Source of the DNA: an uncultured Clostridia bacterium | GTDB lineage: Bacteria > Bacillota > Clostridia > Lachnospirales > Lachnospiraceae | Length of the DNA: 32,688 nucleotides | NCBI GenBank assembly: GCA_946620335.1 | Contig: CAMONF010000216.1 | Location: 1 to 32,688 of the forward strand | Direction of reading: 5' to 3' | Part shown: piece by piece, positions 7,950-16,531 of the stretch | Layout of the letters: every line of letters begins with the position of its first letter | Numbering within the stretch: the stretch's first letter is position 1 | Program-made: the position numbers and the translations under genes | The notes under the pieces: model-generated | Told to the model about the DNA's origin: nothing | Databases searched by the model: none | Seen by the model: the letters and a program-made list of their open reading frames with translations, nothing else

Positions 7950-8972
7950 TCACCTCCGGCCGGGCTCGCTGTCCGATTCTCTCACCACGCTGTGGGCCCG
8001 AATGTAATCGATGATCTCGTCAAGGGTCGTAAAGGCCACCGCCACATAGGAATCCGCCGCGCCATAGTAGATGGCGATCCTGCCGGTATCCGGATCATGG
8101 ATCGTGGCGCAGGGGAAGCAGACGTTGGGCACGAAGCCCCGCTCCTCATACCACTCCTCCGGCGTCAGCAGGAAGGTGCTGCAGCGGGCCAGTACTTTGG
8201 ATGGCTCGTCGATATCCAGCAGAGCGCCACCGATGGAGTAGACCAGGCCGTTGCAGGTGCCGGTGACCCCGTGGTAAAAGAGGAGCCAGCCCTCGGAGGT
8301 CTCGATGGGCGCCGCGCCGCCGCCGATCTTCACGGACTCCCACCACTCCGGGCTCTTGCCCATGACGTGGCGGTGGCGGCCCCAGTACACCAGGTCCGGG
8401 CTCTCGGAAATGTAGATATCGCCGAAGGGAGTATGACCGCTGTCCGAAGGTCTGGACAGAAGGCGGTAGGTCCCATTGATCTTCCTCGGGAAGAGGACTG
8501 CGTTACGGTTAAAGGGCAGGAAGGGGTTCTCCATCCTGGTAAAGACCTTGAAGTCCTTGGTCCAGGCCATGCCGATGGCCGCGCCGTAGGCGTCCTGGCA
8601 CCAGATCAGGTAGTAGGTATCCTCGATCCGGACCAGGCGGGGGTCGTAGGCGTAAAGGGGCATGAATTCATTTCCCGCCTCATCCCGGAAAATGATCCTG
8701 TCCGGGGAGAAAGTCCAATCAAGTCCGTTCTTGGAACGGCCCAGGTAAATGAAGGGGATTCCGTCCGTCTGCTCGGCCCGGAATACGCCGATGTAGCCGT
8801 CCTTATAGGGCATGACGGCGCTGTTGAAGATCCGCGCCACGCCCGGGATGGGATTTCTGCGGATGATGGGGTTTTCGGTATAACGCCAGACGGGGATGGC
8901 GCCGCAATCTGCGGGCTTGTCCTGCCAGGGCATATTGGGGACAGCCGGGCTGCCCAGAATCTGATATTTCAT
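7950..8972 (-). CDS. GH130 beta-1,4-mannooligosaccharide phosphorylase (GH130_2-like)
   Basis: PVWRYTENPII, IFNSAV, YAYDPR, NRNAVLFP, LSRPSDSGHTPFGDIY, YHGV, GFVPNVCFP, YYGAAD; start ATG 8972 after AGGAAGGAG. Confidence 0.92.
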   Translation of the reverse strand: MKYQILGSPAVPNMPWQDKPADCGAIPVWRYTENPIIRRNPIPGVARIFNSAVMPYKDGYIGVFRAEQTDGIPFIYLGRSKNGLDWTFSPDRIIFRDEAGNEFMPLYAYDPRLVRIEDTYYLIWCQDAYGAAIGMAWTKDFKVFTRMENPFLPFNRNAVLFPRKINGTYRLLSRPSDSGHTPFGDIYISESPDLVYWGRHRHVMGKSPEWWESVKIGGGAAPIETSEGWLLFYHGVTGTCNGLVYSIGGALLDIDEPSKVLARCSTFLLTPEEWYEERGFVPNVCFPCATIHDPDTGRIAIYYGAADSYVAVAFTTLDEIIDYIRAHSVVRESDSEPGRR

Positions 8973-9050
8973 ATAAATGAACTCCTTCCTGAGATTCATC
9001 CGATAAAGTCAATGCCAGGGCCTTGGCTCTGCATTTTGATTCGAGATCGT

Positions 9051-9128
9051 GTAAAAGTAAAAGGCTGCCTGCCGGTTTTGTGACCGGAACCGATCGGGCC
9101 GGATCGCCAAAGTCAGACCGAAGGCAGC
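9051..9128 (-). terminator. Long stem-loop followed by a broken U-tract (terminator or stabiliser) between the two GH130 genes
   Basis: Closing stem GCTGCCT 9064-9070 / AGGCAGC 9122-9128, inner stems, then CUUUUACUUUU on the minus strand. Confidence 0.45.
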
Positions 9129-9177
9129 ACTGGTTTGATTGTCAAAGAGACGTACATTCCTTAAGGAATGCATGTAT

Positions 9178-10350
9178 TCACTTTTCCCTGAGAAGCTCCA
9201 GGTTCCGGCTGATAAGGTCGCACCGCTGCCGCACGCACAGGACGCTCCTGCCCGGATCCGCCGGCGTGTTGAAAATGTAATCCTCCAGCCGCTCGAGGCT
9301 GGTCTCCGCCACATGGACCCTGGTATCGCTGGAAGCGTAATAGAGCAGGATCCTGCCGCTCTCCTCGCAGATCGCGCCGTTCGAGAAAACGACGTTGGAT
9401 ACGTCGCCGACCCGCTCCCCTTCGCGGGGCCCGAGCAGGAGCCCGCCGGGCTCTGCGATCACGACGGAGGGATCTTCCAAAGATGTGGCGTAGGCGTAAA
9501 GGACATATCTGAGGCCAGCTGCCGTCATTCTGACGCCGTGGGCGATGTGGAGCCAGCCCTTCTTCCCGCGGATGGGCACCGTGCACTCGCCGTTCTTCGC
9601 CTCCGTGATCTGGTGATAGCGCCGCCGGCTCAGGATCTTCTCCTCGTCGATCACCGCATTAGTGATGTCCTCCGCGAGGCCGAAGCCGATGCCGCCGCCC
9701 GAGCCGGTGTCGATGAAGCTGTCCATGGGGCGGGTGTAGAAGGCGTACTTGCCGTCCACAAACTCCGGATGCAGGACCACGTTCCGCTGCTGGGGAGACC
9801 GCTTGGTCACCAGGTTGGGCAGGCGCTCCCAGTTCTTGAGATCCTTGGTCCGCACGATACCGGCCGCCGCCACAGCCGCGGAGAGGTCATTCACCGTCGT
9901 GTCCTTGCTCTCGGAGCAGAAGACGCCGTAGATCCAGCCGTCCTCATGGGCGGTGAGACGCATGTCGTAGACGTTGACCTCCTCCGGGCACACATCGTCA
10001 AAGAGAATGGGATAGTCCGTGAAACGGAATCCGTCGACGCCGTTGTCGCTCTCCGCGATGCCGAAGAAGGACTTGCGGTCATTTCCTTCGATCCGGGCCA
10101 CCAGGCAGTACTTGCCGTTGAAGTAGATAGCGCCCGAGTTCAGGACCGCGTTGATGCCCAGTCTCTCCTCGAAGTTGGGATTGGTCTCCGCGTTCAGGTC
10201 GTACCGCCAGGTGAGCGGGACATGCTCCCGGGTCAGGACGGGATGCTCGTACCGTTCAAAAATGCCGTTGTAGAACTCTGTCTTCCGGTTCTTCGCGGCC
10301 AGGAGCTGCTCCTGCTTGGCCGCCTCCTCATAGTACTTTTTGTGGATCAC
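9178..10350 (-). CDS. GH130 4-O-beta-D-mannosyl-D-glucose phosphorylase (GH130_1-like)
   Basis: [77 protein letters not shown]; GTG start with AAGGAGG RBS. Confidence 0.94.
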   Translation of the reverse strand: MIHKKYYEEAAKQEQLLAAKNRKTEFYNGIFERYEHPVLTREHVPLTWRYDLNAETNPNFEERLGINAVLNSGAIYFNGKYCLVARIEGNDRKSFFGIAESDNGVDGFRFTDYPILFDDVCPEEVNVYDMRLTAHEDGWIYGVFCSESKDTTVNDLSAAVAAAGIVRTKDLKNWERLPNLVTKRSPQQRNVVLHPEFVDGKYAFYTRPMDSFIDTGSGGGIGFGLAEDITNAVIDEEKILSRRRYHQITEAKNGECTVPIRGKKGWLHIAHGVRMTAAGLRYVLYAYATSLEDPSVVIAEPGGLLLGPREGERVGDVSNVVFSNGAICEESGRILLYYASSDTRVHVAETSLERLEDYIFNTPADPGRSVLCVRQRCDLISRNLELLREK

Positions 10351-10489
10351 AGACTTTTCCTCCTTGCTTTATTGGTAGACTGGTTTGAAAGCGGTCTGCC
10401 GCGGAACACCCGTGGGCCTGCTTTTATAAGGATCGAGTCGCTGCCGCTCCGTCATGGCATCAGTCGGAAACAGGCGCGCGGATTGGCGT

Positions 10490-11722
10490 TTACAGATCGC
10501 CCTTCAGGCGGTCCATCACTTCAAAGCACATCCGGCCGTTGTGGTAGGGGCATTTCCAGGGCTCGACGATAGGCTTGTCCGTGGGGGCGAAGCTCTCAGT
10601 CAGGTCCCAGAACCACTCTGACCCCTCCCGGGGATCCACAAAGTTCCGCCGGATAAAGTCCCAGGTCCTCCCGGCCCCATCCAGGTATTCCGTCTTCTCC
10701 GGATTCTTTCCATAGGCGTTCAGAAAACCGACGACTGTCTCCGCCTGGACCCACCAGACCCGGCCCGGGGCAGGTCTTCCATTTTCAAATTCAGTCACGA
10801 CGCTGTCCCGCATGAAAGCCTTCTCATAGACCGCGCGGGCCATGACAGCCGTCGCATCGTGGATCTCCCTGGAAATGACAGCCGCGCACTGCTTTTCCTC
10901 TTCCGAGGAGGCCCCCGCCGTCAGCACGTCCGCCGCCCGGTCGGCCAGCCAGGAGCTCTCAATGTCGTGGCCGGAGGACCAGAGGTCGATCAGGGACTTC
11001 CACTCGTGGTCGAAGAAGACCTCCACGCGCTCTTTGGCAGGATTCCACATTCTGTCCGTAAAGATCCGGCAGACACCGGAGAGGGCCTGCCACACGGCCC
11101 GGCGGTCGCTCTCCCGCTCCGCCATCTTCTTCTCCGTCAGTACGCGGAGGAGCTCCGTGTAGGCCTCCATCACGTGGAGGTGGGTATTCATGGAACGGGC
11201 GGCTTCCACGCCGTTTTCCGACAGCTTCTCGTTGGAGGACGGCCTGAAGCGCCGGTCAAAGGCCTCGAGGTAGCCGCCCTCATCCTTCATCTTATCTTCA
11301 ATAAGATGAAAGAGGTCCAGCGCTCTCATCAGCGCTTCCGGATCACCGGAAACGTCAAAGTAGGAGGAAAGTGCGTAAATGGCAAAGGCCTGATTGTAGG
11401 TGTGCTTGATGGTATCCGATGGCTCTCCCCGGAAGGTGACGGACCAGTAAATGCCGCCGTATTCCCGGTCAAAGCAGTGGTCCCGGAGGAATTCATAGCC
11501 GCAGCGGGCCTTGGCAAGGAGCATGGGATCTCCCAGGGCCCGGTAGGCACCCGAGAAGAACCAGGTGATCCGGCTCATCAGGATGCAGCCCTTGTCCGCT
11601 TCCCTGTCCGTGGCGAGTCCTCGATCCACATAGCCGTAAAAGCCGCCGTTCTCCTCATCCTGGAGTCCTGCCCAGAAGGGGATCAGCTTTTCCTTAAGAT
11701 GCGCTTCGATTTCGGTTCTCAT
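10490..11722 (-). CDS. AGE-family epimerase (cellobiose/mannobiose 2-epimerase)
   Basis: PFW..L.DEENGGFYG, KHTYNQAFAIYAL, SMNTHLHVMEAYT, GHDIE, WWVQAE, WKCPYHNGR; start ATG 11722 after AGGAGGTG. Confidence 0.93.
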   Translation of the reverse strand: MRTEIEAHLKEKLIPFWAGLQDEENGGFYGYVDRGLATDREADKGCILMSRITWFFSGAYRALGDPMLLAKARCGYEFLRDHCFDREYGGIYWSVTFRGEPSDTIKHTYNQAFAIYALSSYFDVSGDPEALMRALDLFHLIEDKMKDEGGYLEAFDRRFRPSSNEKLSENGVEAARSMNTHLHVMEAYTELLRVLTEKKMAERESDRRAVWQALSGVCRIFTDRMWNPAKERVEVFFDHEWKSLIDLWSSGHDIESSWLADRAADVLTAGASSEEEKQCAAVISREIHDATAVMARAVYEKAFMRDSVVTEFENGRPAPGRVWWVQAETVVGFLNAYGKNPEKTEYLDGAGRTWDFIRRNFVDPREGSEWFWDLTESFAPTDKPIVEPWKCPYHNGRMCFEVMDRLKGDL

Positions 11723-11743
11723 TTTCACCTCCTGCATCAGGCT

Positions 11744-11797
11744 GGGGCAGCAGATCCTATTTCCCTCATTTCATAGCAATCTGCTGCTCCGTTTTTT
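11744..11797 (+). terminator. Stem-loop with T6 tail oriented on the + strand
   Basis: GGGGCAGCAGAT 11744-11755 pairs with ATCTGCTGCTCC 11779-11790; T6 at 11792-11797. Confidence 0.45.
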
Positions 11798-11808
11798 GGT
11801 GCTGTCTG

Positions 11809-12687
11809 TCAGCCCTTGACAGCCCCGGCGGCCACGCCGCTGTAGATCTGGTTCTGAAGCGCGATGAACACGATCAGGGCCGGAAGAAGCGACATGATGA
11901 CGCCGGCGCAGATCATATTGTACTGGCTGCCCAGAGGGCCTGTGAATGTGTAGAGCGAGGTCGCCACTGTGCAGAGCGCCCGCTTGTCCTGGAGGTAAAG
12001 GTTGGCGCAGTAGTACTCGTTGTATACGCCGACGCCCTTCAGGATCAGGTTGGTAACGATGGCCGGCTTAAGGAGCGGCAGGAGGATGGAGTAGAAGATC
12101 CTGAAGTAGGAAGCTCCGTCCATGAAGGCGCTCTCGTCGAGGGAGACCGGCAGGTTCTCGAAGTACTGGATGTAAATGTAGATGGACATGACGTCCGTGC
12201 CGCACATCATGATGATGTAACCGTACATGGTATTCACCAGATGGAGGTTGGTCATGATCTCATAGACGACGACCTGCATCGCGATACCGGGGAGCAGGGC
12301 CGCGAAGGTGAACATGTTCCTGATCAGGGCGTTGCCCGGGAACTTGAACCGGTTCAGGACGTAGGCCAGCTGGGTACCGATGATGATAGAGCCGAGGAGG
12401 ACAAAGACCAGGATGATCAGGGAATTGCGGAAAGCTGTTCCCATGTTGGCGGTCTTGAAGGCCTCCAGGTAGTTGGAGAAGTTAAGCCAGTTGGCCGGGG
12501 GCGTCATGACGTTGGTCGTCTGATACTCCTCCGGCGTCTTGGCGGCCGTGATCACGCAGGAGACGATCGGCAGGATGGCGATGAAGCTGCAGAGGATCAC
12601 GGAGGCGTACTTGATGATTTCCCAGATGATGGTCCCGGCGCTGTAGTGGTGCCTGACTTTCGCTGCTGTGGTCTTTGCCATGGTCAT
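11809..12687 (-). CDS. Carbohydrate ABC transporter permease (MalG-like)
   Basis: Multiple TM helices, EAA motif SLDESAFMDGA, C-terminal GAVKG. Confidence 0.93.
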   Translation of the reverse strand: MTMAKTTAAKVRHHYSAGTIIWEIIKYASVILCSFIAILPIVSCVITAAKTPEEYQTTNVMTPPANWLNFSNYLEAFKTANMGTAFRNSLIILVFVLLGSIIIGTQLAYVLNRFKFPGNALIRNMFTFAALLPGIAMQVVVYEIMTNLHLVNTMYGYIIMMCGTDVMSIYIYIQYFENLPVSLDESAFMDGASYFRIFYSILLPLLKPAIVTNLILKGVGVYNEYYCANLYLQDKRALCTVATSLYTFTGPLGSQYNMICAGVIMSLLPALIVFIALQNQIYSGVAAGAVKG

Positions 12688-13661
12688 GCCCCTCCTTTCG
12701 CTTTCCTGGCCGCGGCCTTCTGGGCCTTCTTCCTCGCCCTGGCGACGTCCGCCGACTCATCGTCGGTGTCCGCATTCCGGAAGATGTACTTAAAGAGGGC
12801 ATCCTGGACGAACTTGGCGACGATGATGACGAAGAGCAGGAAGACAGCCATGGCGCTGGCCAGACCGACCTTCTGGCTGGTGTGGGCGATATCGTTCATG
12901 ACGACGAAGAAGGTGCCCGTTCCATTGGCGCCGGATGTGATGACATACGGCGGCTCGAAGGCGGAGAGGGAGCCGGTGATGGAGAGAATGATGTTCAATG
13001 TGACGATGGTCTTGATGGACGGGAGAATAATGTGGCGGAAGGTCTGCCACTTGTTGGCGCCGTCCAGCGAAGCCGCTTCATAGAGGGTGTCGTCCACCGA
13101 CATCATGGCGCCCAGGAAGAGGACCATGTTGGATCCCATGTAACGCCAGATGGAGGTGAATACCAGCGACCAGTTGTTGATCTTCTGGTCCTTGAGCCAG
13201 TAAGGCAGGTTCTCCAGGTCGAAACCGATGACCTGCAGGACGGTGTCCAGAACAAAGCCTCTGGTGTAGAAGAATTTGAAAATGAAACCAATGGCGATGC
13301 CGTTGATCAGGTAGGGGAAGAAAATGAAGCCCTTCCAGAGGTTTTCCCCTTTGACCTTAAAGCAGAAGATGGTGGCCAGGTAGAGGGCAAGCGCCACCTG
13401 CACGACAGAGCCCACCATGTAGTAGAGAGAAAGCAGGAGGGTCCGGATAATGTCCGGTCTGGTGAAGACCTGGACGTAGTTCCTCCAGCCGACGAATTTT
13501 CTCGGTCCGATATACTTCATATTATAAAAGCTGTACCGGATCATTTCAAGGAAGGGGTAATACGTAAAGAGAATGAGCAGGAAGAGCGGCACGATGGTGA
13601 AGGCGATGATGACCTGCAGCTGCTTTTTCTTCCTTGCATTCCAGCCTTTTGATATTTCCAT
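12684..13661 (-). CDS. Carbohydrate ABC transporter permease (MalF-like)
   Basis: FVGWRNY, LYEAASLDGANKWQTFRHI EAA motif, GLASAMAV; ATGA overlap with the next gene. Confidence 0.93.
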   Translation of the reverse strand: MEISKGWNARKKKQLQVIIAFTIVPLFLLILFTYYPFLEMIRYSFYNMKYIGPRKFVGWRNYVQVFTRPDIIRTLLLSLYYMVGSVVQVALALYLATIFCFKVKGENLWKGFIFFPYLINGIAIGFIFKFFYTRGFVLDTVLQVIGFDLENLPYWLKDQKINNWSLVFTSIWRYMGSNMVLFLGAMMSVDDTLYEAASLDGANKWQTFRHIILPSIKTIVTLNIILSITGSLSAFEPPYVITSGANGTGTFFVVMNDIAHTSQKVGLASAMAVFLLFVIIVAKFVQDALFKYIFRNADTDDESADVARARKKAQKAAARKAKGGA

Positions 13662-13685
13662 AAGTCACTCCTTGCTGATTGCTTT

Positions 13686-13775
13686 AAAATGGGAATGAGA
13701 GACGGTGGGAATGAGGGACGGTTCCTTTTCCCATTTTTAAAAGAAAATGGGAAAAGGAACCGTCCCTCATTCCCA
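13686..13775. repeat. REP-like dyad (32-bp arms, 6-nt loop) with a partial extra arm
   Basis: 13706-13737 is the exact reverse complement of 13744-13775; 13686-13705 is a truncated tandem copy of the left arm. Confidence 0.92.
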
Positions 13776-13786
13776 ATTTCCCCCCA

Positions 13787-15253
13787 TCAATAGAGGATCT
13801 CAACTCCATTCAATTCCTGGGCATCCGTCCACTTGGCGTTCCAGTCCTCCATGATCTCGTCGAAAGTCATGTCGCCGTTGGAGGCGTGCTCAACGATGGC
13901 CTGGACCTTCTTGTCGCCGCCGCTGTTGAAGTTCAGCTCGGAGTCGGCGTTCAGGGTGGACATCAGGTCCTCCTCACCTTCCAGAGCCGGATCGTCGGAG
14001 ACATAGTCGATGCCTTCGAAGGCTGCGTAGAGCTCAGGATAATCATTGTCGGCTGTGGAGATCGGGATGCCTGCCTCGTTGAAGGAGAAGCCGGACTTCT
14101 CGGTCATCCACTTGACGAAGATCAGGGCTGCCAGCTTGTTGTCGTCGCTGGAGGAGTTGTTGATGGCGAAGGCGTAGTCAGGGCCTGCGGAGGCATACTG
14201 CTTGCCGCCCACGGTGATCGGGAAGCTCATGTAGCCGATATCCTCGGGGTGGTCGCCTGCTGCCTGCATCTGGGAGTAAGCCCAGCTGCCGAGGACCATG
14301 GTGCCGATCTCGCCACGGTTGATCATGCCCTTGCAGCCTTCCCAGTCGGTGGTGGTGTAGTCGTCTTCTGTCAGGCCTTCCGCGACTGCGTCATAGAGGA
14401 CCTTGTAGATGTTGTAAGCGCCGCTGCCGTCGCCCGGATCGGAGAAGGGGTTGGCGGTGTGGGCCAGCTTCTGGTTGGTGTAGGCGGAATCGCCTGTGGC
14501 TGTGCCGCCGATGTAGGCATCCCATGCGCCCATGGTCCAGCCGGCTGCATAGTTGGTGTAGAGCGGGATCGCGTCAGTCTTTTCCTTGATCAGCTTGAGG
14601 TCAGCGATGAACTCTTCTCCGGTCTTGGGCAGCTCTGTGATGCCGGCCTGCTCAAAGACCTTCTTGTTGTAGAGGACGCCCTGGGCATTGGCTGTGCTCG
14701 GAATACCGTAGACAACGCCGCCGTACTGGGAATTGGCCACGAAGCGGACCAGGGAGGAAACCTCCTCAAGGCTTCCCAGAGGCATGAAGTAGTCGGCGTA
14801 CTGGGAGCTGTCGATGGCCGGGATCATCATGACGTCGCCCCAGTCACCGCCCTGCAGACGAAGCAGGGAGTCCTGCGCGTAATCCGTGATACCTTCGATA
14901 TCGACTTCGATGCCGGGATAGGTCTCATGGAAAGCATCCAGGTATTCAGCCCAGGATGTGCCCGGATAGCTGTCCTGCAGCATGTCAGTTCTGTGGTTCA
15001 GCACCTTGATGGTGGCTGTCAGGTCCGTTCCGGTCTCGCCCAGAACAACAGATGCATAGGTGAGCGCGCCGTCCGCTGCCTCGGTTTCGCCGGCGGCCTC
15101 ACCGCCCTCGGCCTCAGCAGTCGCCTCAGCTGCCCCGGCGGAATCGGCCGGAGCATCGGCCGTCCCCGATGAGCTCCCTGAGCCGCATCCTGCCAAAGTG
15201 CCCAGCACCATGACCGCTGCGAGTCCAAGCGACATAAGTTTTCTTCCCTTCAT
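13787..15253 (-). CDS. Sugar ABC transporter substrate-binding lipoprotein
   Basis: MKGRK + hydrophobic stretch + LAGC lipobox, acidic Ala/Glu linker, YGIP..A.GVLYNKKVFEQAGI SBP motif; start ATG 15253 after AAGGAGG. Confidence 0.93.
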   Translation of the reverse strand: MKGRKLMSLGLAAVMVLGTLAGCGSGSSSGTADAPADSAGAAEATAEAEGGEAAGETEAADGALTYASVVLGETGTDLTATIKVLNHRTDMLQDSYPGTSWAEYLDAFHETYPGIEVDIEGITDYAQDSLLRLQGGDWGDVMMIPAIDSSQYADYFMPLGSLEEVSSLVRFVANSQYGGVVYGIPSTANAQGVLYNKKVFEQAGITELPKTGEEFIADLKLIKEKTDAIPLYTNYAAGWTMGAWDAYIGGTATGDSAYTNQKLAHTANPFSDPGDGSGAYNIYKVLYDAVAEGLTEDDYTTTDWEGCKGMINRGEIGTMVLGSWAYSQMQAAGDHPEDIGYMSFPITVGGKQYASAGPDYAFAINNSSSDDNKLAALIFVKWMTEKSGFSFNEAGIPISTADNDYPELYAAFEGIDYVSDDPALEGEEDLMSTLNADSELNFNSGGDKKVQAIVEHASNGDMTFDEIMEDWNAKWTDAQELNGVEILY

Positions 15254-15341
15254 AAATGCCTCCTTTTCTGTATAATTGCTATAGCTGCTACGATTTCCGG
15301 GAGCTGAAGTCCTGTTACTTTCAACAAACCGGATTGAGACT

Positions 15342-15370
15342 ATCATAGTAATTTAAGTTTAGTTTGTCAA
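15342..15370 (-). promoter_or_regulatory. Near-consensus sigma-A promoter of the mannoside operon
   Basis: TTGACA (15370-15365), 17-nt spacer, TATGAT (15347-15342), AT-rich upstream region. Confidence 0.85.
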
Positions 15371-15379
15371 TTTATTAAA

Positions 15380-15425
15380 CCTAATTTTAGCCTAATTTAG
15401 CCTACTTAAATTTAGCTTAATTTAA
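15380..15425. promoter_or_regulatory. Candidate operator array: CCTAATT(T)TAG direct repeats plus TTAAATT-N6-AATTTAA palindrome
   Basis: Palindrome at 15406-15425; ~10-bp period repeats at 15380-15404; the same palindrome recurs at 18721-18740. Confidence 0.6.
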
Positions 15426-15438
15426 TTATGAGGGAGAG

Positions 15439-15521
15439 AAAATGGGAATCAGGGACGGTTCCTTTTCCCACTTTTCATAAAATGAAAAGTGGGAAAAGGA
15501 ACCGTCCCTGATTCCCATTTT
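15439..15521. repeat. REP-like dyad: perfect 40-bp arms, AAA loop
   Basis: 15439-15478 is the exact reverse complement of 15482-15521. Confidence 0.95.
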
Positions 15522-15531
15522 TTTCACCCCT

Positions 15532-16530
15532 TCAAGCACTGGTCCGTCTGAGCAGCGCCCCGCTGACCGTGACCAGTCCGTAAGAATAATCCGACTTCAC
15601 CTTGTGGAGAATCATATGAAGGGCCCGGGCGGCCATGCCCTTGCTGTCGACCGCGTAGGTCGTGATCCCGGCTTCCTCCTCTCCGCCGCCTATGAGATAG
15701 TTGTCGTAGCCGGCAACCATGACGTCCTCCGGCACGCGGAAGCCTGCCTTCCTCAGCTTTTCGATCAAAAACCTTGCCGTCACGTCGCAGTTGCAGAAAA
15801 AGGCGTCCGGCATGACCTCGGGAAGCTGAATACACCTCTCCGGGTCGATTTCCCCCTGAGAAGGATCCCGGTCAGGAATAAGCCAGTGTTCCTCAGGCCG
15901 CATGCCGTGCCCCAAAAGGGCCCGGGTATAGCCGAAGAACCGTTCATCGATACTGGAAGTCATGAGCAGCGTGCCGACGAAGGCGATCCGCCGGCAGCCC
16001 CGGCTGAAAAGATACTCCGTCATGACCAGTCCGCCGGAATAGTTGTCGCTCATGACGGCATCATAGCCTGCCACCGTAGGCCGGTTGTCTACAAATAAAA
16101 CAGGCACCCTGGCATTCGAGACCAGCTCCTTTTCATATGCTGCGCTGAAAGCGCCTAGCACAAGAAGGCCGTCCACCCGGTCGCCGGTGAGCAGGCTGGG
16201 GCACCTGGCCTCCTCCTCGTCCTTCCGCTCCACAGCCTCCAGCACACAGAAGCAGTTCTTTTCCAGCGACTTCACCGTGATTTCCTGGATCAGACTCCAG
16301 TAAAAGCTCCGGCTGTCCTGCATGAAACGGGAAGCGACCAGAATCCCGATCTGGACCGGCTCCTCCCGTTCCGCCCCCTTGCCGGCGGCTTTCCGGTAGC
16401 CCATCTCATCGGCGATCCGCAGGATCCGTTCCCGCACTTCCTCGCTGACACCCTTCTTGCCGCTCAGCGCCTTCGAGACAGTGACTGTACTGACCCCTGC
16501 CCTGGCGGCTATATCTGTCAAAGTTACCAT
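15532..16530 (-). CDS. LacI-family transcriptional regulator
   Basis: TLTDIAARAGVSTVTVSKAL HTH; sugar-binding domain with RVPEDVMVAGYDN. Confidence 0.93.
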   Translation of the reverse strand: MVTLTDIAARAGVSTVTVSKALSGKKGVSEEVRERILRIADEMGYRKAAGKGAEREEPVQIGILVASRFMQDSRSFYWSLIQEITVKSLEKNCFCVLEAVERKDEEEARCPSLLTGDRVDGLLVLGAFSAAYEKELVSNARVPVLFVDNRPTVAGYDAVMSDNYSGGLVMTEYLFSRGCRRIAFVGTLLMTSSIDERFFGYTRALLGHGMRPEEHWLIPDRDPSQGEIDPERCIQLPEVMPDAFFCNCDVTARFLIEKLRKAGFRVPEDVMVAGYDNYLIGGGEEEAGITTYAVDSKGMAARALHMILHKVKSDYSYGLVTVSGALLRRTSA

Positions 16531-16531
16531 A

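Noticed and set aside
6504-9083. 859-aa plus-strand ORF and other long plus-strand ORFs (e.g. 3439-5067, 9139-10572, 13886-15172, 18791-20062, 23981-25447)
   Set aside because: They lie antisense to well-recognised genes and have no recognisable motifs. High GC3 codon usage depletes stop codons in the mirror frame, so such shadow ORFs are expected.
10374-10400. cre-like TGAAAGCGGTCT and a small hairpin before the GH130_1 RBS
   Set aside because: The right half of the cre consensus is missing, no promoter is visible nearby, and the hairpin has A-C mismatches on the mRNA strand.
15254-15346. N-terminal extensions in the ORF track (SBP to 15346; also esterase to 3076, PBP to 25480, rsgA to 31496)
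   Set aside because: The upstream starts lack an RBS or overlap promoters, hairpins or neighbouring genes; the downstream starts have good RBSs and family-typical N-termini.
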